Shown here: piece by piece, positions 41,049 through 49,668 of the stretch
Position numbering within the stretch: the first letter of the stretch is position 1
How the letters are laid out: each line of letters starts with the position of its first letter
NCBI GenBank assembly: GCA_050309775.1
Contig: JBNRMV010000001.1
Coordinates: 95,014-159,013, forward strand
DNA: 64,000 nucleotides
Reading direction: 5' to 3'
DNA from: Christensenellales bacterium
Lineage (GTDB): Bacteria > Bacillota > Clostridia > Christensenellales > DTU072
Translations under genes and position numbers: made by a program
Notes under the pieces: model-generated
What the model saw: only the letters and a program-made list of their open reading frames with translations
What the model was told of the DNA's origin: nothing
Databases searched by the model: none

Positions 41049-42362
41049 ATGAAAAAACATATAAGACTGGGCGTAGTGTGCCTGGCAAGAAAGACCTTTG
41101 ATTTTGAGGCGGCGGCGCAGCTGTATGATATTATTTTGCAAAATCTGCAAACGCTTGAAAATGTCACCGTTTGCGCTGTAAAACAGCTTGTAATTGAGGT
41201 CTGCGACGCCGAGAAAGCCGCATCGGAACTGTATGACAGCAAAGTTGACGGCATAGCCGTAATCAGCGGAACTTTCCACCTTGGGCATCTTGCGTTGGAA
41301 ATAAAAAAGAGAGTAGACAAGCCGCTTTTGCTATGGGGTTTGCCAGAATTACCCTATGACGGCGGCAAAATAAGGCTGAATTCAGTTTGCGGCGTAAACC
41401 TCAACGCGTCCAATCTCGTAAAGGGCGGCATAAACGACTTTACCTATACCATAAGCTCTGAAATTGACGAAAACTGGTTGGACGCTGTACGCATGACGGC
41501 GGCATTAAAAAATGCCAAGGTGGGTATTCTAGGCTATCGCGCGCACGGGTTTTTTAATCTTGACATTGACGAACCGGCGCTTTACAAAAAGTTCGGCATA
41601 CTTATAGACCATTTTGAGTTGGAGCAGGTCTGGAACTACAAATTTGACGAAAAAGACAGGACTACCTATGCCGAAATTATGAAACAGCGCTTTGATGCCT
41701 CCGAGATAACGGACAAACAAGCTGCGTTGGTGGCGGATTTGGCAGCCAAACTCAAAGCCTTTGTCCAAGACAATCGTCTGAACGCGCTGGCAATCAGATG
41801 CTGGCCGGAATTTGCCGCAGGCTTTGGAGTGGCGCCTTGCGCGGCTATGAGTTTGCTGCAAAGTCAGGATATTGTACTGGCATGCGAGGGGGATATTGAC
41901 TGCGCGTTGACTATGCTTTGTCATCAGGCGGCAGGCGCAGAAACGCCTTTTATGGCAGACCTGTCGCAAGTAAACTTAGCAGAGGATTTTGCGCTTATGT
42001 GGCATTGCGGAGTGGCGGCGGTCAACCTTTGCGACAAACAATGCGCTGCGACGCTGGACACTTATTTTGCCGGGGGCAAAGGAGTGACAGCCGGCTTTGT
42101 CATGAGAAGCGGCGCAATAAACATGGCGCGGTTGGACAGCATAAACGGACGGTATAGACTGTTCCAAGAAAAAGGTCAAGCCGTGCCTATGAAAAAACTG
42201 TTGACGGGAACATATGCCAAGGTCAGTTTTGACAAGCCCATGAAAGAGGTGCTGGACAAGGTGGTCTACAACGGCGTTGCGCATCATGTTTCTATGGTCT
42301 ATGGCGACTATACCCGAGCCATGCAGATATTTGCCAGACTGAACGGAATAGAGATGTTGTAG
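41049..42362 (+). CDS. L-fucose/L-arabinose isomerase-superfamily protein (aldose-ketose isomerase), specificity unknown
   Basis: 437 aa. The N-terminus is a Rossmann-like sugar-isomerase domain. The C-terminal CEGD, WHCG and HHVSMVYGD match the Glu/His metal-site pattern of this superfamily as I recall it. Confidence 0.6.
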   Translation: MKKHIRLGVVCLARKTFDFEAAAQLYDIILQNLQTLENVTVCAVKQLVIEVCDAEKAASELYDSKVDGIAVISGTFHLGHLALEIKKRVDKPLLLWGLPELPYDGGKIRLNSVCGVNLNASNLVKGGINDFTYTISSEIDENWLDAVRMTAALKNAKVGILGYRAHGFFNLDIDEPALYKKFGILIDHFELEQVWNYKFDEKDRTTYAEIMKQRFDASEITDKQAALVADLAAKLKAFVQDNRLNALAIRCWPEFAAGFGVAPCAAMSLLQSQDIVLACEGDIDCALTMLCHQAAGAETPFMADLSQVNLAEDFALMWHCGVAAVNLCDKQCAATLDTYFAGGKGVTAGFVMRSGAINMARLDSINGRYRLFQEKGQAVPMKKLLTGTYAKVSFDKPMKEVLDKVVYNGVAHHVSMVYGDYTRAMQIFARLNGIEML

Positions 42363-42370
42363 AAAAAGCG

Positions 42371-44368
42371 TTGAAAAGGAAAGAAATGATGGAACTCATT
42401 GACATAAACGGACAGGCGATATTGAAATTCAAAGGCAGGAAGGTGTTTTCGCACAGCGCCGATGCCCCCTTTGTTACCGTTGCCAAAGGCAGAGTAAAAT
42501 TCAAGAGCAGCCACGGCAGTTTTTCCGTTAAAAAGCAAAAAAGACAACTCATTGCGCTGCCTGAATACAAGGTCTTGACAGACTGTCTTGAAATCTTTGG
42601 GGAGGGCGCAAGCGTAAGGCTTGAATTCTCCGAAAAGAACGGCATGCTTTATGCCAAAATCAGCGCCGGCGGAGCCATTGACAGCATATCATTTTGCTTT
42701 GACAGCAACAAGGACGAAATGTTCTTTGGCGGCGGCGAGCAGTACAGAAAACTCAATCTGAAAGGCGAAATAGTTACAAACTTTGTGTCGGAACACATAA
42801 AGGTCATGCCTATTGCCGAAAAGACGATTTTTCGCAAATTCAAAAAATACCGTGTGAGAAATCACAGCGAAATAACCACTTACAGCCCTATGTCGACCTT
42901 TGTTTCAAGTGAAAAATATGCTTTGCGTTTTGACACAGACGGTTATGGAGAACAGGACTTTACACAAAATGATAAATCGGTATTTACCTATTGGGGCATA
43001 CCCGAGGGGTTTTGTTATGTCGCAGAGGACAGTTTCAAGGATATTTCAAAAAAGCTGGCTATGGACATTGCAGCAAACCCGTTTTTGCCGGACTGGGCTT
43101 ATGAGGGTATGATTCTGGGTGTGCAAGGCGGCATTGATACGGTAAAAAAGAAAGCGTATTACATGCTGGGTCAGGGCGCAAAGGTCGTTGGCGTTTGGTG
43201 TCAGGACTGGTCTGGCAAGAAAGTCACAGCCGCCGGTAGTCAGGTTTATTGGAACTGGCAAGCTGACGAAACCATGTATGCCGCTTTGAAAGAAGAAATT
43301 GCCGAATTGAAAAGCAAGGGAGTGCGCTTTCTTGCTTACATAAATCCATATTTGATAGTAAACGGCAAATTGTACAACGAATGCAAAGAAAAGGGTTATC
43401 TTATTAAGAACGCTGACGGCGGTATATACCACATAACAAGCACGACTTTTGCCGCCGGTATGATGGACCTAACAAATCCGGGAATGGTAAAGTATCTGAA
43501 AGATACCATAATAAAAAAGAACATGCTGGAACTAGGGATTGACGGATATATGGCTGACTTCGGCGAATATTTGCCGACAGACAGCGTACTGTATGACGGC
43601 GACGCAACCAAGCTGCACAACAAATGGCCGGTGCTTTGGGCAAAAATAAATCGTCAGGCTATAGCGGAGAGCGGCAGAGAAAAGGAAATTTTCTTTTTTA
43701 CCCGTTCGGGATACAACGGCGCGCAAAAATATACCACTATTATGTGGAACGGCGACCAGCACACTGACTTTACCCAAGACTACGGAATGCCTTGCATAAT
43801 TCCTGCATCAATAAACCTCGGTATGTCGGGGTTGACGGCAGTTCACAGCGATATCGGCGGTTTTATCTCTTTTCGCAATCTGAAAAGGGATGTCGAACTA
43901 TATGTCCGCTGGTTGGAACTTTGCACATTCAGTCCGCTTTTGAGAGGGCATGAAAGCATAAGACCGCAGGCAAATGTGCAGTATGACCACCCGGAAGTTG
44001 TGCCGTATGCCGTGACATTCTCCACCCTTCATAAAAAACTTGCTCCGTACATAAAGCATTGCATGGCGGAGGCAAAAGGGGGGCTACCCGTAATGCGCGC
44101 GCCTTTTTATGAATACAATGACATGTCGCTTTATAAAGAAGACTATGTTTACATGTTGGGCAGCGAGCTTTTTGTGGCGCCCGTTATCACTCCAAATACA
44201 TATGAAAGACAGGTGTTTGTGCCAGAAGGAGAATGGATACATCTCCTTAGCGGCAAACTGTACAAAGGCGGGCAACAGACCATATCCGCACCGTTGGGCA
44301 CGCCGGCGGTGTTATACAAGAAAGACAGCAGTTTTGCGGCGCTGTTTGAAAGCTGCAAATCAGACTAA
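42371..44368 (+). CDS. GH31 alpha-glycosidase of the YihQ-like size class
   Basis: Nucleophile motif YMADFGEYLP, acid/base motif WNGDQ, and HSDIGGF. The ORF-track start is TTG 42371; ATG 42386 behind AAGGA is an alternative. Confidence 0.85.
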   Translation: MKRKEMMELIDINGQAILKFKGRKVFSHSADAPFVTVAKGRVKFKSSHGSFSVKKQKRQLIALPEYKVLTDCLEIFGEGASVRLEFSEKNGMLYAKISAGGAIDSISFCFDSNKDEMFFGGGEQYRKLNLKGEIVTNFVSEHIKVMPIAEKTIFRKFKKYRVRNHSEITTYSPMSTFVSSEKYALRFDTDGYGEQDFTQNDKSVFTYWGIPEGFCYVAEDSFKDISKKLAMDIAANPFLPDWAYEGMILGVQGGIDTVKKKAYYMLGQGAKVVGVWCQDWSGKKVTAAGSQVYWNWQADETMYAALKEEIAELKSKGVRFLAYINPYLIVNGKLYNECKEKGYLIKNADGGIYHITSTTFAAGMMDLTNPGMVKYLKDTIIKKNMLELGIDGYMADFGEYLPTDSVLYDGDATKLHNKWPVLWAKINRQAIAESGREKEIFFFTRSGYNGAQKYTTIMWNGDQHTDFTQDYGMPCIIPASINLGMSGLTAVHSDIGGFISFRNLKRDVELYVRWLELCTFSPLLRGHESIRPQANVQYDHPEVVPYAVTFSTLHKKLAPYIKHCMAEAKGGLPVMRAPFYEYNDMSLYKEDYVYMLGSELFVAPVITPNTYERQVFVPEGEWIHLLSGKLYKGGQQTISAPLGTPAVLYKKDSSFAALFESCKSD

Positions 44369-44378
44369 CGGAGGACAT

Positions 44379-45278
44379 ATGAAAGAACTTAGACTGCCGT
44401 CATGGGACGGCAAAGAGATTTTTTGCTCATTGTGGGATGAAGTCGAAAACCCAAAAGGCGTTGTGCAGATTTCGCACGGCATGAGCGAGTATGCCGGCAG
44501 ATATGACCGATTTGCCAGATTTCTGAATGACAACGGTTATATTGTCTTTGCAGATGACCACAGAGCGCACGGCAGGACAGAAACCGACCAAAACCGCGGA
44601 CATGACAAGGGTTTTATTTTTAGCAACACGCTGAAAGATTTGGTATTTATACATAATTATCTCAAAGAAAAATATAACTTGCCTCAGGTGCTGGTGGGGC
44701 ACAGTTACGGCAGTTTTTTGGCGCAGGCGTTTTTCCTTGAAGATACTGATGCAAAAGGCGTGGCACTTCTTGGCTCCGCATATATTCCCAATGCGTTGGT
44801 AGGCGTCGGTGTTGCCATAATGTCGCCCATACAGTTGCTTTTCGGCAGTTGCCGCCCGAAGATTTTTATAAAAGCCACAGATGCGCTTTTCCGCTACAAA
44901 GGCGACAACGGTCCCAGCCAATGGGTGACTAGCGACAAACAAAGCCGTAAGGAATTCTTAGAGGACAAATATTGCGGTATCAACATGAGCATAAATTTTG
45001 TGTTTTCTATGATGAGGGGAATTTATATTACCAATAAGAATATAAAAAAACTCAACCCCGACAGAAAGCTGGGCATATTTTCAGGCGACGGCGATCCGAT
45101 AGGCGGCAAAGGAACCAAAGTTAAGGCGCTTATGAACCGCTATAAAAAGTACGGCGTCAAGGACATTACTTACCGCTTGTATGAAGGAGTGCGCCACGAA
45201 GTGCTGAACGAAACCATTTTTGAACAAACACAGCAAGATGTTTTGGCATTCATTGAACATTGCATAAACGATAAATAA
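44379..45278 (+). CDS. Alpha/beta-hydrolase, lysophospholipase/monoacylglycerol-lipase-like
   Basis: ISHGMSEYAGRY, the nucleophile elbow GHSYGS, and a C-terminal RHE region. ATG 44379 follows a GGAGG RBS, and the longer track ORF overlaps the GH31 gene. Confidence 0.8.
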   Translation: MKELRLPSWDGKEIFCSLWDEVENPKGVVQISHGMSEYAGRYDRFARFLNDNGYIVFADDHRAHGRTETDQNRGHDKGFIFSNTLKDLVFIHNYLKEKYNLPQVLVGHSYGSFLAQAFFLEDTDAKGVALLGSAYIPNALVGVGVAIMSPIQLLFGSCRPKIFIKATDALFRYKGDNGPSQWVTSDKQSRKEFLEDKYCGINMSINFVFSMMRGIYITNKNIKKLNPDRKLGIFSGDGDPIGGKGTKVKALMNRYKKYGVKDITYRLYEGVRHEVLNETIFEQTQQDVLAFIEHCINDK

Positions 45279-45320
45279 AAACAAGCTGCAACAAAACATA
45301 AAATTCAAGCAACCAAAACA

Positions 45321-45349
45321 AAAGAACGGTAGAAAACCCGTTCTTTTTT
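45321..45349 (+). terminator. Intrinsic terminator ending the glycoside locus
   Basis: AAAGAACGG-uagaaaac-CCGUUCUUU stem followed by a U-run. Confidence 0.75.
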
Positions 45350-45411
45350 GTTGCATATGTTACAGAATTTTTTGTAGCCATGTTACAGAATGGTTTTTAG
45401 CGGCTACAAAA

Positions 45412-47298
45412 CTATCTTGAACGGCCGCCGCCTCCGCCGAACCCTCCGCCGCCGAATCCTCCTCCGCCGCCGAAGCCTCCGCCGCCGCCAAATCCGCCGC
45501 CAAATCCACCGCCGCCAAATCCGCCTTTATTGATTTGGCTTGCAGGGCGGGACAAAGCTGTTCGGGTAATGCTGTTTATGGAGCGAGAGAACATAGCGTT
45601 GAAAAGTATGAAGTCAAACGGTCTGTATCCGACATAATATCTTGGCGGTTCCACGGACAAGCCGCTGAATTTGCTCATCCAGATATTTGACACTCCCAGC
45701 GTGTTGGCAAAGGGCAGTATCTCATAATAGTATGAGGGGTTTTCATGCAGCATCATTTCCATTTTGTCTTTTTCTACGCTTGCGATATAGTTCTTGAAGC
45801 CAATCAGGTCATTAAGCTGTGCGGCATAGGTGTCCGTCCTTTTCTGCGCAAAAGGCGCAAATGTAAAGACCAGTCCGAAGGTAAGCACATATACGATTAC
45901 ATCGGGTTTCGGAATAAAGTTGCTTCGGAAAAAGAGCGTCATGAAAAGACAAAGCAAAAATATCAATGCCGCATATCCGAAATAATAGTATTTTCGCTTT
46001 TCAAATACTTTTGGCTCCATTCGGAAGATTGCCGTTGCGGCAAAATACAGAACTACGGCAGGCGCCACCACCATGAGAATATCGGGCGTGAAGTAGGAAC
46101 TGTGAATGGCTGTTGAACTGAAAACAAGAGAAATCAGCACAAAAACAATCGGCAGCGCGCATAGGACAATTGAAAGGACGGCGCTTTTGGAGTCAAACAA
46201 TTTGCCGTGGAATTGCGCAATAAGCTGTTGCCTTGTCATCTCCATTGTTGTATAGAACTTGTTTTGCAAATCGCCGACTCTGACGACTTCGCCATTTGCA
46301 AAAAGTCCGTTGAACATTGTCTGTTCATGGCGCTTGCGGTCTTGAGGCAGGGGCTTGAGTCTTGTCAGCGTGATATCCCTGTATTTTTCGCTGTCGGCTA
46401 TGTCGATATACCCTTGCGCCGCCCAATAATAAATCAAAGCGGTCAAGTCGGACGGCTGACATTTTGTATCAACGAGATAGCCTGCCTCTGCAGGGTTGAG
46501 TCCGTTGGCGGTAAAGTTTATTATCGGATAAATCTGATTGTTCTTGCCGTATTTGGCATAGATAAAATAGCATATAAGAATGAGCGCCAGCCCTACCAAA
46601 ATCTTTGGCAGCAGCGACCATTCAAATTTTTGTTTAAGCGCGCCGTCGGCAAAATCATAACTTATGGTTATGCCTTCGTATGCGGCAAGCGTATCTTTTG
46701 TCTTTATGTTTATGTGTTTGCCCTCGGTGGTGATGTCCAGCCTCTGTTGGCCGCCTCTTTCGCCCCACTTGCCGGCATAATAATATGCGCCTACGGGGTC
46801 AAAGGGCAGTGTGACATCTATTTCGGCATTTAATATTTTTGTCGGCCAGCCCACGCCTATAACATTCAGTGGAATGGTGTTCTTTGAATCTTTTATTTTT
46901 GGCAAAATCAGCGTATAGGTCAGCGTGTATTGCCTTGGTTGTGTTGAGGCGGTAAAATTTTCTGCGTCAAGGTCAATGGAAATATACTTGCCGTTCTTCT
47001 CCACGGAAACAACCCTGTCGGGGCTGTCAATGTCTTTTATTTGCAAACCTTTTACTATGGGTATATCCCGAATTATGGCGCTGCGCGGTTCAAGAAAATT
47101 TATGTCGATTATTTCTTTGACTTGTACATGTCTGTACTCATCTATCTTTATTTCGATATAATAATTTGAGACCTCAAAAGTCGTGTCATATATTTCGTTG
47201 ATATCCGGCTCAATGTTATTGAATGGAATGACCGCCAGCATCAGAATAATAAGCGGCAAAAAAATTGCCAGCATTATGATGAGGGTTTTTTTGTTCAT
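45412..47298 (-). CDS. DUF2207-like membrane protein with a Gly/Phe-rich C-terminal tail
   Basis: Signal/TM, then a large extracytoplasmic domain, then several TM helices, then the tail GGFGGGGFGGGFGGGGGFGGGGG. It lies immediately downstream of lemA. Confidence 0.75.
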   Translation of the reverse strand: MNKKTLIIMLAIFLPLIILMLAVIPFNNIEPDINEIYDTTFEVSNYYIEIKIDEYRHVQVKEIIDINFLEPRSAIIRDIPIVKGLQIKDIDSPDRVVSVEKNGKYISIDLDAENFTASTQPRQYTLTYTLILPKIKDSKNTIPLNVIGVGWPTKILNAEIDVTLPFDPVGAYYYAGKWGERGGQQRLDITTEGKHINIKTKDTLAAYEGITISYDFADGALKQKFEWSLLPKILVGLALILICYFIYAKYGKNNQIYPIINFTANGLNPAEAGYLVDTKCQPSDLTALIYYWAAQGYIDIADSEKYRDITLTRLKPLPQDRKRHEQTMFNGLFANGEVVRVGDLQNKFYTTMEMTRQQLIAQFHGKLFDSKSAVLSIVLCALPIVFVLISLVFSSTAIHSSYFTPDILMVVAPAVVLYFAATAIFRMEPKVFEKRKYYYFGYAALIFLLCLFMTLFFRSNFIPKPDVIVYVLTFGLVFTFAPFAQKRTDTYAAQLNDLIGFKNYIASVEKDKMEMMLHENPSYYYEILPFANTLGVSNIWMSKFSGLSVEPPRYYVGYRPFDFILFNAMFSRSINSITRTALSRPASQINKGGFGGGGFGGGFGGGGGFGGGGGFGGGGFGGGGGRSR

Positions 47299-47321
47299 AG
47301 CTTTTCCTTATTGATGAGGCG

Positions 47322-47888
47322 TCAATTGAATGATACCTTTACATTTTGTCTTTCTTCGGCACTGTCCAGTTCAAAATATGCTTTTTTCTCAAGTTTCATG
47401 CTTTTTGCTACAATACTGTCGGGGAATATTCTTATTCTTGTGTTATAGCTCTTTACGACGGCGTTGTAGTATTTGCGTGATTGCGCAAGTTCTGTTTCGA
47501 TAACTTTCAACTGACCCTGCAATTCGGTGAACTGGGTATTGGCTTTCAGTTCGGGGTAGTTTTCGGATAATGCAAAAAGCGTCTTCAGCGTATCGCTCAG
47601 GGCATTTTCGGCATCGGCTTTGGCTTCGCCGCTGGCGTTCATTGCCATGTTTCGGGCTTTTATGACGCCTTCCAGCGTTTCTTTCTCGTGTTTCATATAG
47701 CCCTTGACTGTTTCAAGCAGGTTGGGAATGAGGTCATATCTTTTTTTCAAATAGACATCTATCGTCGCAAAGCCCTCTTCAACATTGTTTGTCATGGTGA
47801 CGAACTTGTTTCGTACAGAGACAAACCATACTGCAATAAGCACCGCAAGCGCGGCAATAACTATGAGAACAATAACAAAAGGATTCAT
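47322..47888 (-). CDS. lemA: LemA-family protein
   Basis: One N-terminal TM helix and LemA-type helical repeats (DVYLKKRYDLIPNL, RKYYNAVV..YN). Confidence 0.88.
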   Translation of the reverse strand: MNPFVIVLIVIAALAVLIAVWFVSVRNKFVTMTNNVEEGFATIDVYLKKRYDLIPNLLETVKGYMKHEKETLEGVIKARNMAMNASGEAKADAENALSDTLKTLFALSENYPELKANTQFTELQGQLKVIETELAQSRKYYNAVVKSYNTRIRIFPDSIVAKSMKLEKKAYFELDSAEERQNVKVSFN

Positions 47889-48063
47889 TTTCTTACCACC
47901 TTATTTTTTCTCTATTGTATCATAATTATATGCAGCTATGCAATTATAATTCAAAACCTGCGGCTTTCTGCGCCGTCATTTCTTAATAATTTGAATTCTG
48001 TCAAAATATTTGAAAATTCGACAAAATAGCATAGATTTATGCCGTTTTTATGCAGCGCAAAAG

Positions 48064-48092
48064 TTGACAATAAAAATCTGCAAACATACAAT
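48064..48092 (+). promoter_or_regulatory. Consensus promoter upstream of a 51-codon ORF
   Basis: TTGACA (48064-48069), a 17-nt spacer, then TACAAT (48087-48092). Confidence 0.6.
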
Positions 48093-48118
48093 AAGAGAAC
48101 ACATTATAGGAGGACAAA

Positions 48119-48274
48119 ATGTCAGTACCAGAATTTTCAGAATTAGTTGCGGAATGCGTATTTGTAGAAATAGAAGCTGTAGAATCTATTAAAGAACAAG
48201 CCTGCGACGGCATACATAATTTTTCGGTGAGGCTGTCAAGCGGGGATACTTTCAATATTATCGTTAAGGGCTGA
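48119..48274 (+). CDS. Unannotated small protein, 51 aa (MSVPEFSELVAECVFVEIEAVESIKEQACDGIHNFSVRLSSGDTFNIIVKG)
   Basis: AGGAGG RBS ends 5 nt before the ATG, behind a consensus promoter. It is below the 60-aa cutoff of the ORF track and I recognise no homology. Confidence 0.45.
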   Translation: MSVPEFSELVAECVFVEIEAVESIKEQACDGIHNFSVRLSSGDTFNIIVKG

Positions 48275-48344
48275 AAACATCGCTTATTGCGCCCAATCTG
48301 ATTATATGCTATCATTTATTTACAGAATAATTTTGAGGTGAATT

Positions 48345-49637
48345 ATGTGTGATACAATGGTAGCCATGCCCTCCGTCACAAAAAACGGAGCCATGCTTTT
48401 TGCAAAGAATTCAGACCGCGCAGCCAACGAGCCGCACCTTGTGGTACGCTATGCCGCCAAGGATTATGACCTTGCCGACAATCCCACAGTCAGGCTGACT
48501 TATGTCAGCATTCCCCAAGTTGCGCATACTCATGAGGTAGTACTGCTTAAACCCGACTGGATTTGGGGCGCAGAAATGGGCTTCAACGAATTCGGACTGA
48601 ACATCGGCAACGAGGCGGTTTTTACCAGAGAAAAAAAGGGCAAGCGCAGTCTTATCGGCATGGACCTCTTGCGGCTGGCGCTGGAACGCGCAAAGACAGC
48701 CAGCGAGGCAATGCAGCTTATTATCGACTTGCTAGGTAAGTATGGACAAGGCGGCAATTGCGGCTATGACCATGAGTTTCATTATCACAATTCATTTTTA
48801 ATAGCCGACGACGCCGAAGCTTATGTGTTGGAGACGGCAGGCGCATACTATGCCGCAAAAAAAGTAACCGATTTTTATGCAATATCGAATTGTCTTTCTA
48901 TTGAAGATGACTATGACATCATTCACCCCGACGCCATAAACAATGCCATAAAAATGCGCCGCCACAAAACAGGCACGCCGTTTTCATTTGCCGCCAGTTA
49001 TAGCGACAAGATTTTTACGCACTTCGCAAAGGCAAGGAACAGAAGGTGCCAGGCGATTGAAAAACTTGAAAAAAACCGCGGCGGCATCACCACCGCAACT
49101 ATGATGGACATTTTGCGCACTCATGCCGCTGACTTCAAAGAGGACGGCAACTCAGTCGGTTCGATATGCATGCATGCAGGTGGACTGATAGGCGACCATA
49201 CGACGGGCAGTTATGTTGCTTCTCTTGGCAAAGACAGGTATTATTTTATCACCGGCTCGTCGCTTCCGTGTATCAGCATATTCAAACCTGCTGTGTTTGA
49301 GGATATGCCCATACCTACGGAAGACGAGGAGAGCGCAAGGAAGTATTGGCTGCGCCTTGAACGGCTCAACAGATTGATTTTGTCGGGACAAATTGACAAA
49401 TGCGCATATATTGCAGAAAGAGATGCGTTTGAACAAAAACATTTGACACAGTTTGAAAATAGCGCAAAAGACAGGCTCAAGCTGTCCAAAGAAATATGGA
49501 AAAAAGCGCAAGAACTTGCCGAAAAGTACCTTCTGCCGTTCGATGGTCAAGACATAGTTTTCAAAAAAGGCAGCGCGTCATATAGGCGCTATTGGAAGAA
49601 AAAGACTGCTGTTTTGGGGAATAGGGTTTTCAAATAA
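48345..49637 (+). CDS. C69-family (Ntn-hydrolase) dipeptidase-like protein
   Basis: The MCDTMVA N-terminus places a nucleophile Cys right after Met, followed by FAKNSDR. Confidence 0.8.
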   Translation: MCDTMVAMPSVTKNGAMLFAKNSDRAANEPHLVVRYAAKDYDLADNPTVRLTYVSIPQVAHTHEVVLLKPDWIWGAEMGFNEFGLNIGNEAVFTREKKGKRSLIGMDLLRLALERAKTASEAMQLIIDLLGKYGQGGNCGYDHEFHYHNSFLIADDAEAYVLETAGAYYAAKKVTDFYAISNCLSIEDDYDIIHPDAINNAIKMRRHKTGTPFSFAASYSDKIFTHFAKARNRRCQAIEKLEKNRGGITTATMMDILRTHAADFKEDGNSVGSICMHAGGLIGDHTTGSYVASLGKDRYYFITGSSLPCISIFKPAVFEDMPIPTEDEESARKYWLRLERLNRLILSGQIDKCAYIAERDAFEQKHLTQFENSAKDRLKLSKEIWKKAQELAEKYLLPFDGQDIVFKKGSASYRRYWKKKTAVLGNRVFK

Positions 49638-49640
49638 ACC

Positions 49641-49667
49641 AAAGGCGGCTTGACGGCCGCCGATTTG
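49641..49667. terminator. Shared hairpin between convergent genes (weak bidirectional terminator)
   Basis: GGCGGC-uugacg-GCCGCC stem flanked by short A and U tracts. Confidence 0.45.
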
Positions 49668-49668
49668 T

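Noticed and set aside
42371-44368. Calling the GH31 a sulfoquinovosidase and the locus a sulfoglycolysis operon.
   Set aside because: The positions equivalent to the sulfonate-binding Arg and Tyr appear to be Gln and Phe. No SF kinase, aldolase, transaldolase or transketolase, and no sulfonate exporter, is present.
44109-44378. N-terminal 90-codon extension of the alpha/beta-hydrolase ORF in the track.
   Set aside because: It overlaps the end of the GH31 gene in another frame and is Arg/Cys-rich nonsense. A GGAGG RBS precedes ATG 44379, where the hydrolase-like sequence starts.
45357-45410. Direct duplicate ATGTTACAGAAT (45357-45368 and 45380-45391), and a 9-bp inverted repeat TTTGTAGCC/GGCTACAAA (45371-45379 and 45402-45410) after the DUF2207 stop.
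   Set aside because: There is no U-run in either orientation, so it is not a convincing terminator. It matches no operator consensus I know (I tested the TnrA/GlnR TGTNA-N7-TNACA). I recorded it but cannot interpret it.
45415-45540. Short-period GGN/CCG repeats that could look like a repeat array.
   Set aside because: They are in frame within the DUF2207 ORF and encode its Gly/Phe tail. There is no spacer-repeat periodicity of the CRISPR type.
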